Shown in pieces: positions 46,762-58,087 of a stretch of DNA of 62,530 bases. The translations under genes and the position numbers were made by a program. Position 1 is the stretch's first letter. The number at the start of each line of letters is the position of its first letter. The notes under the pieces are model-generated. The model was not told where the DNA came from. It made no database searches and saw nothing but the letters and a program-made list of their open reading frames with translations. Source of the stretch: an uncultured Nitrospiraceae bacterium (GTDB lineage Bacteria > Nitrospirota > Thermodesulfovibrionia > Thermodesulfovibrionales > UBA9159); NCBI GenBank assembly GCA_964475485.1, contig CAYYWY010000012.1, positions 1-62,530 on the forward strand, in the 5' to 3' direction.

Positions 46762-48036
46762 ATGGAAAGGCCCCTAACAGGGAACATGAGATCCGACGGA
46801 GAGCCATTGAGCCTCGAAGAATACGAAAGGGCCGGCGGCTACCGGTCGGTTTCGAAGGCTCTGAAGGGCATGGCCCCGTCTGAGATCGTGAACGAGGTGA
46901 AGAAGTCGAATCTCCGCGGCAGGGGCGGGGCGGGTTTCCCGACTGGAATGAAGTGGAGCTTTATGCCTATGGGAAGCGATGCAACGCGGCCGAAATACCT
47001 TATCTGCAACGCCGACGAAATGGAGCCCGGGACATTCAAGGACCGCCTTCTTCTTGAAGGCAACCCGCACCAGCTCATCGAGGGGATGATTACCAGCGCA
47101 TACGGTCTTCAGGTGGACATCGCATATATTTTTCTCAGATGGGAATACAGGCTCGCGGCAGAAAGACTCGAAAAGGCCATTGCAGAGGCCTATGCAAGAA
47201 GCTATCTGGGAAGGAATATCTTGGGTTCCGGCTTCAGTCTGGAACTCCGTCTCCATGTGAGCGCAGGACGCTATATATGCGGAGAAGAGACGGCTCTTCT
47301 TAATTCCATGGAGGGGAAGAGAGCCATACCAAGGGCAAAACCTCCGCATCCGCAGGTGAGCGGACTCTGGGGAAAACCCACAATAATAAACAATGCCGAG
47401 ACGCTTTGTAATATCCCCCATATCGTGAACAACGGCGCCGAGTGGTACAGGGGCCTCAGTAATAGTGATGACGGGGGTACAAAGATATATGGGGCGAGCG
47501 GGAAGGTGAAAAGGCCGGGGGCATGGGAATTGCCGATGGGCACAACCATTCGAGAACTCCTTGAAGAACATGCAGGGGGAATGAGGGAAGGGTACGGATT
47601 CCGAGGCGTGATACCCGGTGGCGCTTCTACAGATTTCCTTGTTGAGGAGCATCTGAGTGTGAAGATGGATTATGACTCGGTACAGAAGGCGGGAAGCAGA
47701 ATGGGTACAGGCCAGATGATCATCCTTGATGACAAGACCTGTCCTGTGGGGATGGTGCTCAACCTCGAAAGCTTCTTTGCACGGGAGTCATGCGGCTGGT
47801 GCACGCCGTGCCGGGAGGGCCTGCCCTGGATAGCAAAGACCCTTGCTGCGATCGAAAATGGAGAAGGGTTTCCCGGAGACATGGAGATGTTGGAGCGGCA
47901 GTGCAGGCTCCTCTCTCCAGGGAATACCTTCTGTGCCCTTGCTCCTGGTGCTGTCGAGCCGCTCCAGAGCGCATTGAGGTATTTCAGGGAGGACTTTGAA
48001 AGGCACATAAAGGAGAAGAGGTGTCCATGGAGGTAA
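46762..48036 (+). CDS. nuoF: NADH-quinone oxidoreductase subunit F
   Basis: GRGGAGF, NADEMEPG, YICGEETAL, ESCGWCTPCREG. Confidence 0.97.
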   Translation: MERPLTGNMRSDGEPLSLEEYERAGGYRSVSKALKGMAPSEIVNEVKKSNLRGRGGAGFPTGMKWSFMPMGSDATRPKYLICNADEMEPGTFKDRLLLEGNPHQLIEGMITSAYGLQVDIAYIFLRWEYRLAAERLEKAIAEAYARSYLGRNILGSGFSLELRLHVSAGRYICGEETALLNSMEGKRAIPRAKPPHPQVSGLWGKPTIINNAETLCNIPHIVNNGAEWYRGLSNSDDGGTKIYGASGKVKRPGAWELPMGTTIRELLEEHAGGMREGYGFRGVIPGGASTDFLVEEHLSVKMDYDSVQKAGSRMGTGQMIILDDKTCPVGMVLNLESFFARESCGWCTPCREGLPWIAKTLAAIENGEGFPGDMEMLERQCRLLSPGNTFCALAPGAVEPLQSALRYFREDFERHIKEKRCPWR

Positions 48037-48037
48037 T

Positions 48038-48082
48038 AACCCTCCACGCCTCCAATTAGATCAAGGGAGGCTATGTGGGGTT
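48038..48082. repeat. Intergenic palindrome
   Basis: AACCCTCCACGCCTCC...GGAGGCTATGTGGGGTT. Confidence 0.5.
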
Positions 48083-48112
48083 GAGAGACAAGCACCGCAA
48101 CTTATACGTAAT

Positions 48113-50815
48113 ATGGCGACGATTTATATAGATAATAAATCTTATGAGGTGAAGGATGGCCAGAACCTCCTCCATGCATGTCTTTCCCTCGGCTTCGACA
48201 TACCGTACTTCTGCTGGCATCCTGCTATGCATTCCGTGGGCGCCTGCCGCCAATGTGCGGTGAAACAATTCAGGGACGAAAATGATACGAAAGGGAAGAT
48301 CGTGATGTCCTGTATGACCCCTGCTTCGGACGGTACCCGGATCTCCATTGACGACCCTGAGGCAAAGGCCTTCAGGAAGAGCGTCATCGAATGGCTGATG
48401 CTGAACCATCCGCACGACTGTCCCGTTTGTGATGAGGGGGGGGAGTGCCATCTTCAGGATATGACCGTAATGGCGGGACATGCCTACCGCAAGTCCCGGT
48501 TCAGGAAGCGCACATACAGGAACCAGTACATGGGGCCTTTCATCAACCATGAGATGAACCGCTGCATCCAGTGCTACCGGTGCGTCAGGTTTTACTGCGA
48601 TTATGCGGGAGGCAGGGACCTGAACGTGTTCGGCTCGCACGATCATGTCTACTTCGGCCGCTATGAAGACGGAGTCCTCGAAAGCGAGTTCAGTGGAAAC
48701 CTGATTGAGATATGTCCCACGGGCGTGTTCACTGACAAGACACTGAAGAAACACTACACGAGGAAGTGGGACCTCCGGACAGCCCCTTCGGTCTGTGTCC
48801 ACTGCGGGCTCGGCTGTAACACGATTCCCGGTGAACGTTACGGAAAACTTAGAAGGATGCTCAACCGGTACAACGGTGAAGTAAACGGATACTTCCTGTG
48901 CGACCGGGGCCGTTTCGGCTATGAATTCGTCAACAGTGAAAAGAGGATGCGTACAGCCCTTCTAAGGAACAGGGAAACAGGAACCCTTGAGCCCGAATCG
49001 AGGGAGAGGGTCCTCAAATATCTTTCGGATGTCCTCTATTTCGGAGCAAAGGTTATCGGCATCGGCTCTCCGAGGGCTTCCCTTGAAGCGAACTTTGTGC
49101 TGAGAAAACTGGTGGGTGAGGAGAATTTCTTTTCAGGGCTCGGCGGGAGTGAAGACCGTCTCGTCTCGACAATAATCGAGATACTGAGAAAGGGTCCTGC
49201 CAAGAGTGCATCTATACATGAAGCGGCGTCTGCCGATGCCGTATTGATACTGGGCGAGGACGTAACGAACACCGCACCCCTCCTCTCTCTTGCCCTGAGA
49301 CAATCGGTGAGGCAGAGGCCCATGGAGATGGCCGGGAGATTAGGAATTCCCTTATGGCACGATGCCGCAGTACGTGAGGCTATTCAGGATGAGAAAGGCC
49401 CCCTTTTCATCGCATCCGCCTGCGGCACCAAGCTCGATGAGATAGCGACGCGAACCTGGCGCGCTTCGCCCGATGACATCGCCCGCCTGGGATTCATGGT
49501 CGCCCATGAGCTCGACCCGGATGCTCCTGAGGTCAAAGGGATGCCTGAAGAAATGCTTCATTTTGCAAGAGCGATAACGGACGCGCTGAAAGGCGCGGAA
49601 CGTCCGCTGATTCTTTCCGGCACGGCTAGCGGAAGCGAACCAGTGCTCCACGCCGCTGCCAATATAGCATGGGCCCTCTGCAGAAGAGGGCAAGATGCGC
49701 GGCTATGCTTCACTGTGCCCGAGTGCAACAGTATCGGTCTGGGCCTAATGGCCGGAGGGAACTTGGATGAAGCCTTCAGCCGCGCGGAAGAAGGCAGTGC
49801 CGAGACAGTGATCATCCTCGAAAACGACATCTTCAGGAGGGAGGATGTCTCACGCGTTGAGAGGTTCCTCAACGCATTCAGCCATGTGATCGTCGTCGAC
49901 TGCCTTCGCAACAGAACATCGTCAATGGCTGATGCGGTACTTCCCTCAGGGACTTTCGCCGAGTCCGGCGGGACGTTTGTGAATAACGAGGGCAGGGCCC
50001 AGCGTTTCTTCCAGGTATTCATGCCTGACGGGGATATCATGGAAAGCTGGCGTTGGTTGAGGGATGCGATGCTAGCCTCAAGGCGTCCCGTACCATGGCA
50101 GTCCCTTGACGATATCATCTCCTCAATGGCTGAGGAGATGCAGGTATTCTCTCCCGTTTCTGAGGTTGCGCCTCGTTCAGGTTTTCGTGTCGCGGGACAG
50201 AGGATTCCGAGACAGCCCCAGCGCTGCAGCGGGCGTACTGCAATGCTTGCCCACATCAATGTGCACGAACCAAGACCACCAGATGACACAGATTCTCCTT
50301 TCTCCTTTTCGATGGAGGGCTTCGGGGGTAACCCTCCTTCCGCCCTTATAGCGCATTTCTGGAGCCCGGGTTGGAATTCAGTCCAGTCGGTGAACAAGTT
50401 TCAGAGTGAAGTGGGTGGTCCTCTTCGTGGAGGGGATCCGGGAAGGAGACTGTTCGGGTCGGAAGGAAGCGGAGAATTTTATTTCTTTTCCGGAGTGCCC
50501 GGAAGCTTTTCACCTCGTTCCGGGGAGCTGCTCGTCGTTCCCCTTTATCACATTTTCGGCTCCGAGGAGCTGAGCGCCAATTCCCCGGCAATTACAGAGA
50601 GGTTGCCCGAACCCTATCTTGCCCTTAATCCTGACGATGCCGGGAGACTTCGCCTGTACGAAGGAGATGAGAGCGAGCTTGTTGTCCGGGAGAGGACATA
50701 CCGTCTCAGGATCACGACAAAGAAATCACTGCCCGTTGGTGTTGCAGGGCTTCCTCCCGGACTGACCGGGCTTGAGGGATTGACGCTGCCTTCATGGGGA
50801 AGGGTGGTGAAGTGA
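48113..50815 (+). CDS. nuoG: NADH-quinone oxidoreductase subunit G (long form with N7 motif)
   Basis: [32 protein letters not shown]...LCDRGRF; 900 aa. Confidence 0.97.
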   Translation: MATIYIDNKSYEVKDGQNLLHACLSLGFDIPYFCWHPAMHSVGACRQCAVKQFRDENDTKGKIVMSCMTPASDGTRISIDDPEAKAFRKSVIEWLMLNHPHDCPVCDEGGECHLQDMTVMAGHAYRKSRFRKRTYRNQYMGPFINHEMNRCIQCYRCVRFYCDYAGGRDLNVFGSHDHVYFGRYEDGVLESEFSGNLIEICPTGVFTDKTLKKHYTRKWDLRTAPSVCVHCGLGCNTIPGERYGKLRRMLNRYNGEVNGYFLCDRGRFGYEFVNSEKRMRTALLRNRETGTLEPESRERVLKYLSDVLYFGAKVIGIGSPRASLEANFVLRKLVGEENFFSGLGGSEDRLVSTIIEILRKGPAKSASIHEAASADAVLILGEDVTNTAPLLSLALRQSVRQRPMEMAGRLGIPLWHDAAVREAIQDEKGPLFIASACGTKLDEIATRTWRASPDDIARLGFMVAHELDPDAPEVKGMPEEMLHFARAITDALKGAERPLILSGTASGSEPVLHAAANIAWALCRRGQDARLCFTVPECNSIGLGLMAGGNLDEAFSRAEEGSAETVIILENDIFRREDVSRVERFLNAFSHVIVVDCLRNRTSSMADAVLPSGTFAESGGTFVNNEGRAQRFFQVFMPDGDIMESWRWLRDAMLASRRPVPWQSLDDIISSMAEEMQVFSPVSEVAPRSGFRVAGQRIPRQPQRCSGRTAMLAHINVHEPRPPDDTDSPFSFSMEGFGGNPPSALIAHFWSPGWNSVQSVNKFQSEVGGPLRGGDPGRRLFGSEGSGEFYFFSGVPGSFSPRSGELLVVPLYHIFGSEELSANSPAITERLPEPYLALNPDDAGRLRLYEGDESELVVRERTYRLRITTKKSLPVGVAGLPPGLTGLEGLTLPSWGRVVK

Positions 50816-50817
50816 TT

Positions 50818-51777
50818 ATGACGAACGTGGTTGTCTGGAAACTGATACTGATCTTCGGTATACTCTTTGTTACACTCACTGTGGCTGCGGGACTTATATG
50901 GCTGGAGAGAAGACTTCTTGCCCTCTGGCAGGACCGATACGGTCCCAACCGCGTCGGTCCCTTCGGTCTTCTTCAGGTCCTTGCGGATATGGTCAAGGTC
51001 TTCACAAAGGAGGACTGGATTCCTCCTTTTGCAGACAAACCTGTATTCGTCATCGCGCCCGCTATCATTGTTGTCACGATTATCACGGTATTCGCGGTCA
51101 TTCCCTTTGCACCCGGAGCAGAGATAGTCGATCTCAATGTCGGGCTTCTCTTCTTTCTGGCGATGTCCTCCCTTGGGGTTTACAGCGTTGCGCTTGGTGG
51201 GTGGTCTTCCGGGAGCAAGTATTCCCTGCTCGGCGGCCTGCGTGCAGCGGCACAGATGCTCAGCTATGAGGTCTTCATGGGCCTTTCACTCATGGGAGTG
51301 GTGATGCTTGCGGGTTCCTTCCACCTTCGCGAGATCGTGGAAGCTCAGAAGGGAATTTGGTTCTTCATCCCCCAGTTCGCCGGTCTTGCCGTTTTTCTTA
51401 TCGCCGGTATCGCAGAGACGCACCGGCTACCTTTTGATTTGCCAGAGGCGGAGAGCGAGTTGGTTGCCGGATTCCATTCGGAGTACTCGGGCATGAAGTT
51501 CGGGATGTTCTTTGTGGGAGAATACCTCGGTATTACCCTAATATCCGCCTTAATCGTAACTCTCTTCTTCGGAGGATGGATGGGACCATTTCTCCCGCCT
51601 CTTGCATGGTTTACACTCAAGACCTTCTTCTTTATATGCGGGTTCATTCTCCTTAGGGCCTCCCTGCCGAGGCCGAGGTATGACCAGCTCATGTCCTACG
51701 GATGGAAAGTCATGCTTCCACTGTCTTTGCTCAACCTCATGGTGACAGGAGGGATTATTCTTGCAACAGGTAAATAG
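50818..51777 (+). CDS. nuoH: NADH-quinone oxidoreductase subunit H
   Basis: [35 protein letters not shown]. Confidence 0.96.
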   Translation: MTNVVVWKLILIFGILFVTLTVAAGLIWLERRLLALWQDRYGPNRVGPFGLLQVLADMVKVFTKEDWIPPFADKPVFVIAPAIIVVTIITVFAVIPFAPGAEIVDLNVGLLFFLAMSSLGVYSVALGGWSSGSKYSLLGGLRAAAQMLSYEVFMGLSLMGVVMLAGSFHLREIVEAQKGIWFFIPQFAGLAVFLIAGIAETHRLPFDLPEAESELVAGFHSEYSGMKFGMFFVGEYLGITLISALIVTLFFGGWMGPFLPPLAWFTLKTFFFICGFILLRASLPRPRYDQLMSYGWKVMLPLSLLNLMVTGGIILATGK

Positions 51778-51794
51778 CCATTTGAGGGGGTATC

Positions 51795-52310
51795 GTGCTA
51801 AGCCTTCTTAAAAGCATCTGGGCCATATTCCTCCACATGTTCAGGAAGAGGGAGACAGTTCTCTATCCCGAGGTGAAGCCTTACCTTCCGCCCAGGTGGA
51901 GGGGAAGGATAATCCTTTCCAGGGACCCTGACGGCGGGGAGAGATGTGTTGCATGCTACCTTTGCGCTGTCGCTTGCCCGGTGGACTGCATCGCCCTCCA
52001 GGCAACAGAGGACGTATACGGCAGGAGGTATCCGGAGTTCTTCCGTATCAACTTCTCCAGATGTATCTTCTGCGGATTCTGTGAAGAGGCATGTCCCACT
52101 TATGCCATTCAGCTCACACCTGATTTTGAGATGGGTGAATATACGCGCAAGAACCTTGTGTATGAGAAGGAGGATCTTCTTATCAGCGGCCCGGGGAAAT
52201 ATCCCGGATACAATTTCTATCGTGTTGCCGGGTTGTCCATTAAAGGCAAGGATAAGGGGCAGGCCGAGAATGAGGAACCACCTGTCGATGTTCGGGACCT
52301 TACACCGTAA
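51795..52310 (+). CDS. nuoI: NADH-quinone oxidoreductase subunit I
   Basis: Two CxxCxxCxxxCP motifs. Confidence 0.97.
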   Translation: MLSLLKSIWAIFLHMFRKRETVLYPEVKPYLPPRWRGRIILSRDPDGGERCVACYLCAVACPVDCIALQATEDVYGRRYPEFFRINFSRCIFCGFCEEACPTYAIQLTPDFEMGEYTRKNLVYEKEDLLISGPGKYPGYNFYRVAGLSIKGKDKGQAENEEPPVDVRDLTP

Positions 52311-52311
52311 C

Positions 52312-52352
52312 CCACTCTGTCCCCCCTATAAACTAAGGGGGGATGAGAGTGG
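52312..52352. repeat. Intergenic CCCCCC/GGGGGG palindrome
   Basis: CCACTCT-G-TCCCCCCT-N8-AGGGGGGA-TG-AGAGTGG. Confidence 0.65.
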
Positions 52353-52370
52353 ATATATTAGGAGGCAGGC

Positions 52371-52883
52371 ATGAACGCTCCGTTTTACGTAGCCGCCACG
52401 GCGGCCATAATCTCGACTTTTATGGTGATCATACAGAGGAACGCCGTCCATGCCCTTCTCTATCTCATCGTCTCCCTGCTCTCAGTGGCGCTTGTATTCT
52501 TCGTCCTCGGCGCTCCATTTGTGGCCGCTCTTGAAGTGATCATTTACGCCGGGGCGATCATGGTGCTCTTTGTCTTTGTGATCATGATGCTCAATCTCGG
52601 TCCACAATCTGTGGAGCAGGAAAGGCAGTGGTCGTTCACCGGGATATGGATAGGACCGACGATCCTGACTATCGTCCTGACTGCGGAGTTCATCTTTGTC
52701 CTCCTCCGAGACAAGGGAAGGGCTTTCGATGCGAGTGTAGTAGCCCCAAAACAGGTGGGCATCGCTCTGCTCGGACCATACGTGCTTGGTGTTGAACTTG
52801 CTTCCATGCTACTTTTGTCGGGACTTGTGGGAGCATACCATCTCGGCGGGCGTGCGGGATCTGAAAAGAAGGAGGGAACATGA
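52371..52883 (+). CDS. nuoJ: NADH-quinone oxidoreductase subunit J
   Basis: [17 protein letters not shown]. Confidence 0.96.
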   Translation: MNAPFYVAATAAIISTFMVIIQRNAVHALLYLIVSLLSVALVFFVLGAPFVAALEVIIYAGAIMVLFVFVIMMLNLGPQSVEQERQWSFTGIWIGPTILTIVLTAEFIFVLLRDKGRAFDASVVAPKQVGIALLGPYVLGVELASMLLLSGLVGAYHLGGRAGSEKKEGT

Positions 52884-53191
52884 TCTCCCATTTACCACTG
52901 GAGCACGGACTGCTTCTTGCAGGGGCACTCTTTGTCCTTGGGCTGATGGGCGTCATGGTGCGACGCAATATCATCTTCATGCTCATGTCCATAGAGATTA
53001 TGCTGAATGCGGCGGGGCTTGCATTCGTCGTGGCGGGAGCCCGCTGGGGACAGCCTGACGGGCAGGTGATGTTCATCTTTATTCTGACCATGGCGGCAGC
53101 GGAAGTGTCTGTCGGCCTAGCCCTGGTGATCAGGCTCTATCACGCATACAAGACACTCGATGCGGATTGCGCAAACAGGATGAAAGGATGA
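52880..53191 (+). CDS. nuoK: NADH-quinone oxidoreductase subunit K
   Basis: [19 protein letters not shown]. Confidence 0.96.
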   Translation: MISHLPLEHGLLLAGALFVLGLMGVMVRRNIIFMLMSIEIMLNAAGLAFVVAGARWGQPDGQVMFIFILTMAAAEVSVGLALVIRLYHAYKTLDADCANRMKG

Positions 53192-53192
53192 C

Positions 53193-55064
53193 ATGATGGA
53201 ACTCCTGTGGCTCATCCCTGCATCGCCTTTTGCGGGATTCCTTGTCCTTGTGCTTGCAGGTTCAAGACTGCATAAGAGAGGTGTCGCCATTATAGGTGCC
53301 GGCTCCGTTGGGATTTCAGCTGTTGTAACATTTTTCGTAAGCATGAATTTCCTCGGTTCCCCTCCTCCCGGAGATTATTATTCTCAGACCCTCTGGACAT
53401 GGATGCAGGTCGGCGGGTTCAGGCCGTCCATCACCTTCTATCTCGATGCCCTTTCCCTTGTCATGACCGCGGTCGTAACCTTCATCGGCTTTCTCATTCA
53501 TCTCTATTCGACCGAGTTCATGGAAAATGAAGAAGGGTACAGCCGTTTCTTCGCATACATGAACCTCTTTGTGGGCTCGATGCTCATACTCGTGCTTGCG
53601 GACGACCTTCTGCTGCTCTATCTGGGATGGGAAGGGGTGGGGCTCTGCAGCTATCTTCTAATCGGGTTCTGGTATAAGGACCCTGCGAATGGGCGTGCGG
53701 CAATAAAGGCGTTTGTTGTGACGCGTGTGGGAGACACGGCCATGGCCATAGGCCTTTTCCTTCTCTTCATCAATCTCGGAACGCTTAATATTCAGGAGGT
53801 AATGCAAAGGGCTTCAGAACAATGGTCCGCCGGCTCCATCCTTGCAGTTGCAGCCGCCGCCCTTCTTCTGGGAGGGGCTTTGGGCAAGTCGGCTCAACTA
53901 CCCCTGCAGACATGGCTTCCTGATGCCATGGCAGGTCCGACGCCTGTCAGTGCCCTTATTCATGCAGCCACCATGGTTACTGCCGGCGTGTATCTCATCG
54001 CAAGGACTCATGTTCTCTTTGCGCTGGCTCCCATCGTCCAGAACGCGGTGGCGGTGATCGGCGCCCTTACTCTCCTGACAGCGGGGTTCAGCGCCCTCGC
54101 ACAGCATGATATCAAGCGCGTTCTTGCCTACTCTACCATAAGCCAGATAGGATACATGTTCCTTGCTCTGGGAGTCGGGGCATGGTCTTCGGCCATCTTC
54201 CATTTCATGACCCATGCCTTTTTCAAGGCCCTCCTATTCCTCGGTGCGGGCGCCGTTATTCTTGCCCTTAACCATGAGCACAACATGTTCAGGATGGGCG
54301 GGCTTCGAAGGGAACTTCCACTGACTTTCTGGGCATTTCTCATTGGCGCTTCCTCCCTTTCCGCTCTTCCTCTTGTAACTGCCGGGTTCTACAGCAAGGA
54401 CCAGATTCTCTGGTCTGCATGGGCATCGGAAAGCGGGAATCCCTGGCTTTGGGCGGCTGGACTTGCAGGAGCTTTGATCACATCCCTTTATGCCTTCCGC
54501 ATGGTCTTTCTGACTTTTTTCGGTGAGCCAAAAGGCCGGGTATCGAGAAGGCCAGGCATTGCGATGAGGATTCCTCTTGGAGTCCTTGCGGTTTTTTCCC
54601 TTTTTGGCGGCTTTGTTGAATCCCCGAAAGGCCTTTTCTCGGAGTTACTGAGCGCTGTTTTGCCCCACGTCATCCTTGTGCATGAAGAATCCGAAACAGC
54701 GTTCCTGCTTATCGCCTCCCTAGTCTCTCTTTTTGGTGCCTATGCCGCATACCTTCTCTTTCTAAGGAATCCGCAATCCGCCAGGAGGATTGGGACTCTT
54801 CCCGCCGCTTCGGCCATTCACCGGTTCTGGTTTTCCGGCTGGGGCTTTGACTGGCTTTATGAGAGGATATTTGTAATGCCCTTCCTCTGGACAGCGCGCA
54901 CGAACAAGGACGACTTTGTGGACCTCCTTTACGGCGGAGTAGCGTGGTACAACAGAATGTTTCACTCCTGGCTAAGCCTAACGCAGTCAGGCAAAGTTAG
55001 GTGGTATGCGATGGGGATCACTCTGGGTGCGGTCATCACTATAGGGATCGCGGTCCTCCTATGA
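53193..55064 (+). CDS. nuoL: NADH-quinone oxidoreductase subunit L
   Basis: GWEGVGLCSY, KSAQLP, DAMAGPTPVSALIHAATMV, HAFFKALLF. Confidence 0.97.
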   Translation: MMELLWLIPASPFAGFLVLVLAGSRLHKRGVAIIGAGSVGISAVVTFFVSMNFLGSPPPGDYYSQTLWTWMQVGGFRPSITFYLDALSLVMTAVVTFIGFLIHLYSTEFMENEEGYSRFFAYMNLFVGSMLILVLADDLLLLYLGWEGVGLCSYLLIGFWYKDPANGRAAIKAFVVTRVGDTAMAIGLFLLFINLGTLNIQEVMQRASEQWSAGSILAVAAAALLLGGALGKSAQLPLQTWLPDAMAGPTPVSALIHAATMVTAGVYLIARTHVLFALAPIVQNAVAVIGALTLLTAGFSALAQHDIKRVLAYSTISQIGYMFLALGVGAWSSAIFHFMTHAFFKALLFLGAGAVILALNHEHNMFRMGGLRRELPLTFWAFLIGASSLSALPLVTAGFYSKDQILWSAWASESGNPWLWAAGLAGALITSLYAFRMVFLTFFGEPKGRVSRRPGIAMRIPLGVLAVFSLFGGFVESPKGLFSELLSAVLPHVILVHEESETAFLLIASLVSLFGAYAAYLLFLRNPQSARRIGTLPAASAIHRFWFSGWGFDWLYERIFVMPFLWTARTNKDDFVDLLYGGVAWYNRMFHSWLSLTQSGKVRWYAMGITLGAVITIGIAVLL

Positions 55065-56590
55065 TACTCATCTGGCTTATACTCATACCTCTTGCGGCCG
55101 GTGTCATCGCCTGGCTCACAAACCGTTGGGGTGAGAGATGGCCCAGACGGATATCCCTTTCAGCCCTTGCCGCTGAATTACTCCTGGTACTGGTGATTTG
55201 GGAGGAACACCCCAAGTTCAGCCTTGCATGGGGCGAGGCATGGCTTGCCGAAGTGAACGCGGAATGGATTCCCCGGCTTGGCATAGGGTTTCATCTCGCC
55301 ATGGACGGCCTGAGCCTCTTGCTAGTGATGCTCACAGCCTTCCTCGGTATCATGTCGGTCGGGGCCTCATGGACGGAGATAAGAGAGAGGGTCGGGTTCT
55401 TCCACTTCAATCTCATGTGGAGCCTTGCCGGGATCATCGGCGTATTTCTTTCGATGGACCTCTTCCTCTTCTATTTCTTCTGGGAGTTGATGCTCGTTCC
55501 CATGTATTTCCTCATCGCCCTCTGGGGGCATGAAAACAGGGTATACGCCGCGGTGAAATTCTTCATCTTCACTCAGCTGAGCGGCCTCCTCATGCTTGCG
55601 GCGATCCTGGGGATCTATTTCATACACGCCCAGTCAACCGGAATCTACACGTTCGATTATCCCAGACTTCTCGGCACCACCGTGAGCGGGACAAAGGGGA
55701 TGCTCCTCATGCTCGGTTTTATCACTGCCTTTGCGGTGAAGCTTCCCGCTGTCCCCTTTCACACATGGCTTCCGGATGCCCATACAGAGGCGCCGACTGC
55801 CGGGAGCGTCATCCTCGCCGGCCTCCTCCTCAAGACCGGGGCATACGGGCTCCTCCGTTTTGCGGTGCCTCTCTTCCCTTCGGCCGCTGCAGATCTCGCC
55901 CCTTATGCAATGGCGCTCGCCGTCGTTGGCATACTCTATGGCGCTGTGCTTGCTTTTGCGCAGACCGACCTGAAACGTCTTGTGGCATACACAAGCGTAA
56001 GCCATATGGGTTTCGTTCTCCTTGCCGTGTTTGCATGGAATGAACTTGCGCTTCAGGGTGCGGTGATACAGATCATCTGCCACGGTATCAGCACGGGTGC
56101 GCTCTTTATTATTGTCGGAGCGCTCCAGGAACGAATCCATACGCGGAGCCTGGAGCGTATGGGAGGCTTCTGGACGGCTGCGCCGAGGATGGGAGGCGCG
56201 GGGCTCTTCTTCGGCCTTGCGTCCCTTGGGCTGCCCGGCCTCGGAAATTTTGTTGGAGAGTTCCTGGTACTGATGGGAACATACAGGGTGAGCATTCCCA
56301 TGGCGGCAATCGCAGCGGCAGGTCTCATCACCGCTACCGTATATTCTTTATGGATGGTGCAGCGGACTTTCTTCGGACCCAAAGCTGAAGAGCCGAAGAT
56401 CCGCGATCTCGGCGCGCGGGAGATAGCGGTCGTGGGAGCGATGATAGCATTGCTTGTCTGGATCGGCCTCCATCCCCAACCTCTTCTAAACACATCAAGG
56501 AGTTCGGTGGTCGGTCTTCAGCAGAAAGCGGGAATAATGCTGAATGATGAGAACGTATCCAGGCATTCAAATCTACGGGGTGGGCCATGA
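55061..56590 (+). CDS. nuoM: NADH-quinone oxidoreductase subunit M
   Basis: FFWELML, WLPDAHTEAP, AYTSVSHMG. Start ATG 55061 (ATGA overlap with nuoL). Confidence 0.97.
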   Translation: MILIWLILIPLAAGVIAWLTNRWGERWPRRISLSALAAELLLVLVIWEEHPKFSLAWGEAWLAEVNAEWIPRLGIGFHLAMDGLSLLLVMLTAFLGIMSVGASWTEIRERVGFFHFNLMWSLAGIIGVFLSMDLFLFYFFWELMLVPMYFLIALWGHENRVYAAVKFFIFTQLSGLLMLAAILGIYFIHAQSTGIYTFDYPRLLGTTVSGTKGMLLMLGFITAFAVKLPAVPFHTWLPDAHTEAPTAGSVILAGLLLKTGAYGLLRFAVPLFPSAAADLAPYAMALAVVGILYGAVLAFAQTDLKRLVAYTSVSHMGFVLLAVFAWNELALQGAVIQIICHGISTGALFIIVGALQERIHTRSLERMGGFWTAAPRMGGAGLFFGLASLGLPGLGNFVGEFLVLMGTYRVSIPMAAIAAAGLITATVYSLWMVQRTFFGPKAEEPKIRDLGAREIAVVGAMIALLVWIGLHPQPLLNTSRSSVVGLQQKAGIMLNDENVSRHSNLRGGP

Positions 56591-58017
56591 CCGTCGGTGA
56601 TCTCATTCCTTTGCTTCCGTTTATCACAATCGGGACAGCTCCGGTTATAATAATGCTGCTTATCGCCTTTTACAGGAGCCATCTTTATTCCTTCCTGCTA
56701 ACCCTAGCAGGGCTCTTTCTAGCTTTTGTCGCTCTTTTTGGCGCCGTTTCCGGGGAGTCGCAACAGGTCACCTCCCTCCTCATTCTCGACAACTATGCGC
56801 TCTTTTATATGGGACTGATCCTTGCATCGAGTTTTGCAGTGACTGTCCTATCATCGGGGTATCTGAAGGGACGAAGGGGGAATCCGGAGGAGTTCTATAT
56901 CCTCCTGCTCCTTGCCACCCTTGGTTCTTCGGTGCTCGTGGCATCAAGTCATTTCGCATCCTTTTTCATGGGGCTCGAGGTCCTGAGCATATCTCTCTAT
57001 GCGCTTGTCGCATACACGAGGAACGAGCCCGGCATCGAGGCAGGCGTAAAGTACCTTGTTCTCGCAGCTGCATCCTCAGCCTTCCTCCTCTTCGGTATCG
57101 CATTGCTTTACGGAGAGACCGGGACCATGGCATTCTCAGAGCTGAGAGAAAGATTGCTCTTTTCCGGCATCAACAGGACTGTCGTCCTTGCCGGCTCCGG
57201 CCTCATTATTGTGGGCGCCGGCTTCAAGCTGGCCCTTGCCCCCTTTCACATGTGGACCCCTGATGTCTACGAAGGTGCCCCGGCCCCTGTTACCGCCTTC
57301 ATCGCCACCGTCTCAAAGGGAGCGATGTTCGCGCTCCTGCTCCGGTATTTCACCAAAGTGGATATCCATGAATACGGCCCGTTGTCCGCCGCCTTTGCCG
57401 TGATAGCAGTCGCCTCCATGTTTGCGGGGAATGTCCTTGCTATCCTTCAGAACAATGTCAAGCGCATCCTCGCGTATTCTTCCATCGCACATCTCGGATA
57501 TCTTCTGGTAGCTTTTCTTTCGAGTGGTATGCTCAGGGTGACTGCTGTGACATACTATCTGGTTGCCTATTTTGTGACTACCCTCGGCGCTTTCGGGGTG
57601 ATCACGGTACTCTCCGGCAAGGGGCGGGATGCAGATGAGATGGAGGATTACCATGGTCTATTTAGGCGGAGACCCTGGCTTGCAGCGGCCTTCTCAGCCA
57701 TGCTCTTTTCCCTGGCCGGCATCCCCCTTACCGCGGGTTTTATCGGAAAGTTTTACGTTCTCGCTGCCGGCGCAGGGTCGGCCCTCTGGTTATTGGTGGT
57801 CATACTCGTTATAAACAGCGCCATAGGGCTGTTCTATTATTTAGGGATCGTAGTCGCAATGTACTCGGATGCGCCGTGGAAGGAAATCACCGCTGTCACG
57901 CCGCTTTCACTTTCCGGAGGACTCGTTATTGCGGTTCTCGCCGTTGCGCTCTTATGGCTCGGAGTCTTTCCCGGGCAGATCATTGAGATTATTCATTCGA
58001 TGACAGGGACCGTCTGA
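56587..58017 (+). CDS. nuoN: NADH-quinone oxidoreductase subunit N
   Basis: EAGVKY, PFHMWTPDVYEGAP, KRILAYSSIAH. Confidence 0.97.
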   Translation: MTVGDLIPLLPFITIGTAPVIIMLLIAFYRSHLYSFLLTLAGLFLAFVALFGAVSGESQQVTSLLILDNYALFYMGLILASSFAVTVLSSGYLKGRRGNPEEFYILLLLATLGSSVLVASSHFASFFMGLEVLSISLYALVAYTRNEPGIEAGVKYLVLAAASSAFLLFGIALLYGETGTMAFSELRERLLFSGINRTVVLAGSGLIIVGAGFKLALAPFHMWTPDVYEGAPAPVTAFIATVSKGAMFALLLRYFTKVDIHEYGPLSAAFAVIAVASMFAGNVLAILQNNVKRILAYSSIAHLGYLLVAFLSSGMLRVTAVTYYLVAYFVTTLGAFGVITVLSGKGRDADEMEDYHGLFRRRPWLAAAFSAMLFSLAGIPLTAGFIGKFYVLAAGAGSALWLLVVILVINSAIGLFYYLGIVVAMYSDAPWKEITAVTPLSLSGGLVIAVLAVALLWLGVFPGQIIEIIHSMTGTV

Positions 58018-58087
58018 TTTGCGGTGTTCCCCAGGTCGGGTTGTCAAAAGGTTGAAACCTGTCTGCATCAGAAGGTAATATTTATTA

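Noticed and set aside
47270-47310. NADPH-specific NuoF, suggested by the neighbouring zwf/gnd
   Set aside because: YICGEETAL retains the glutamate associated with NADH selectivity, so there is no sequence support.
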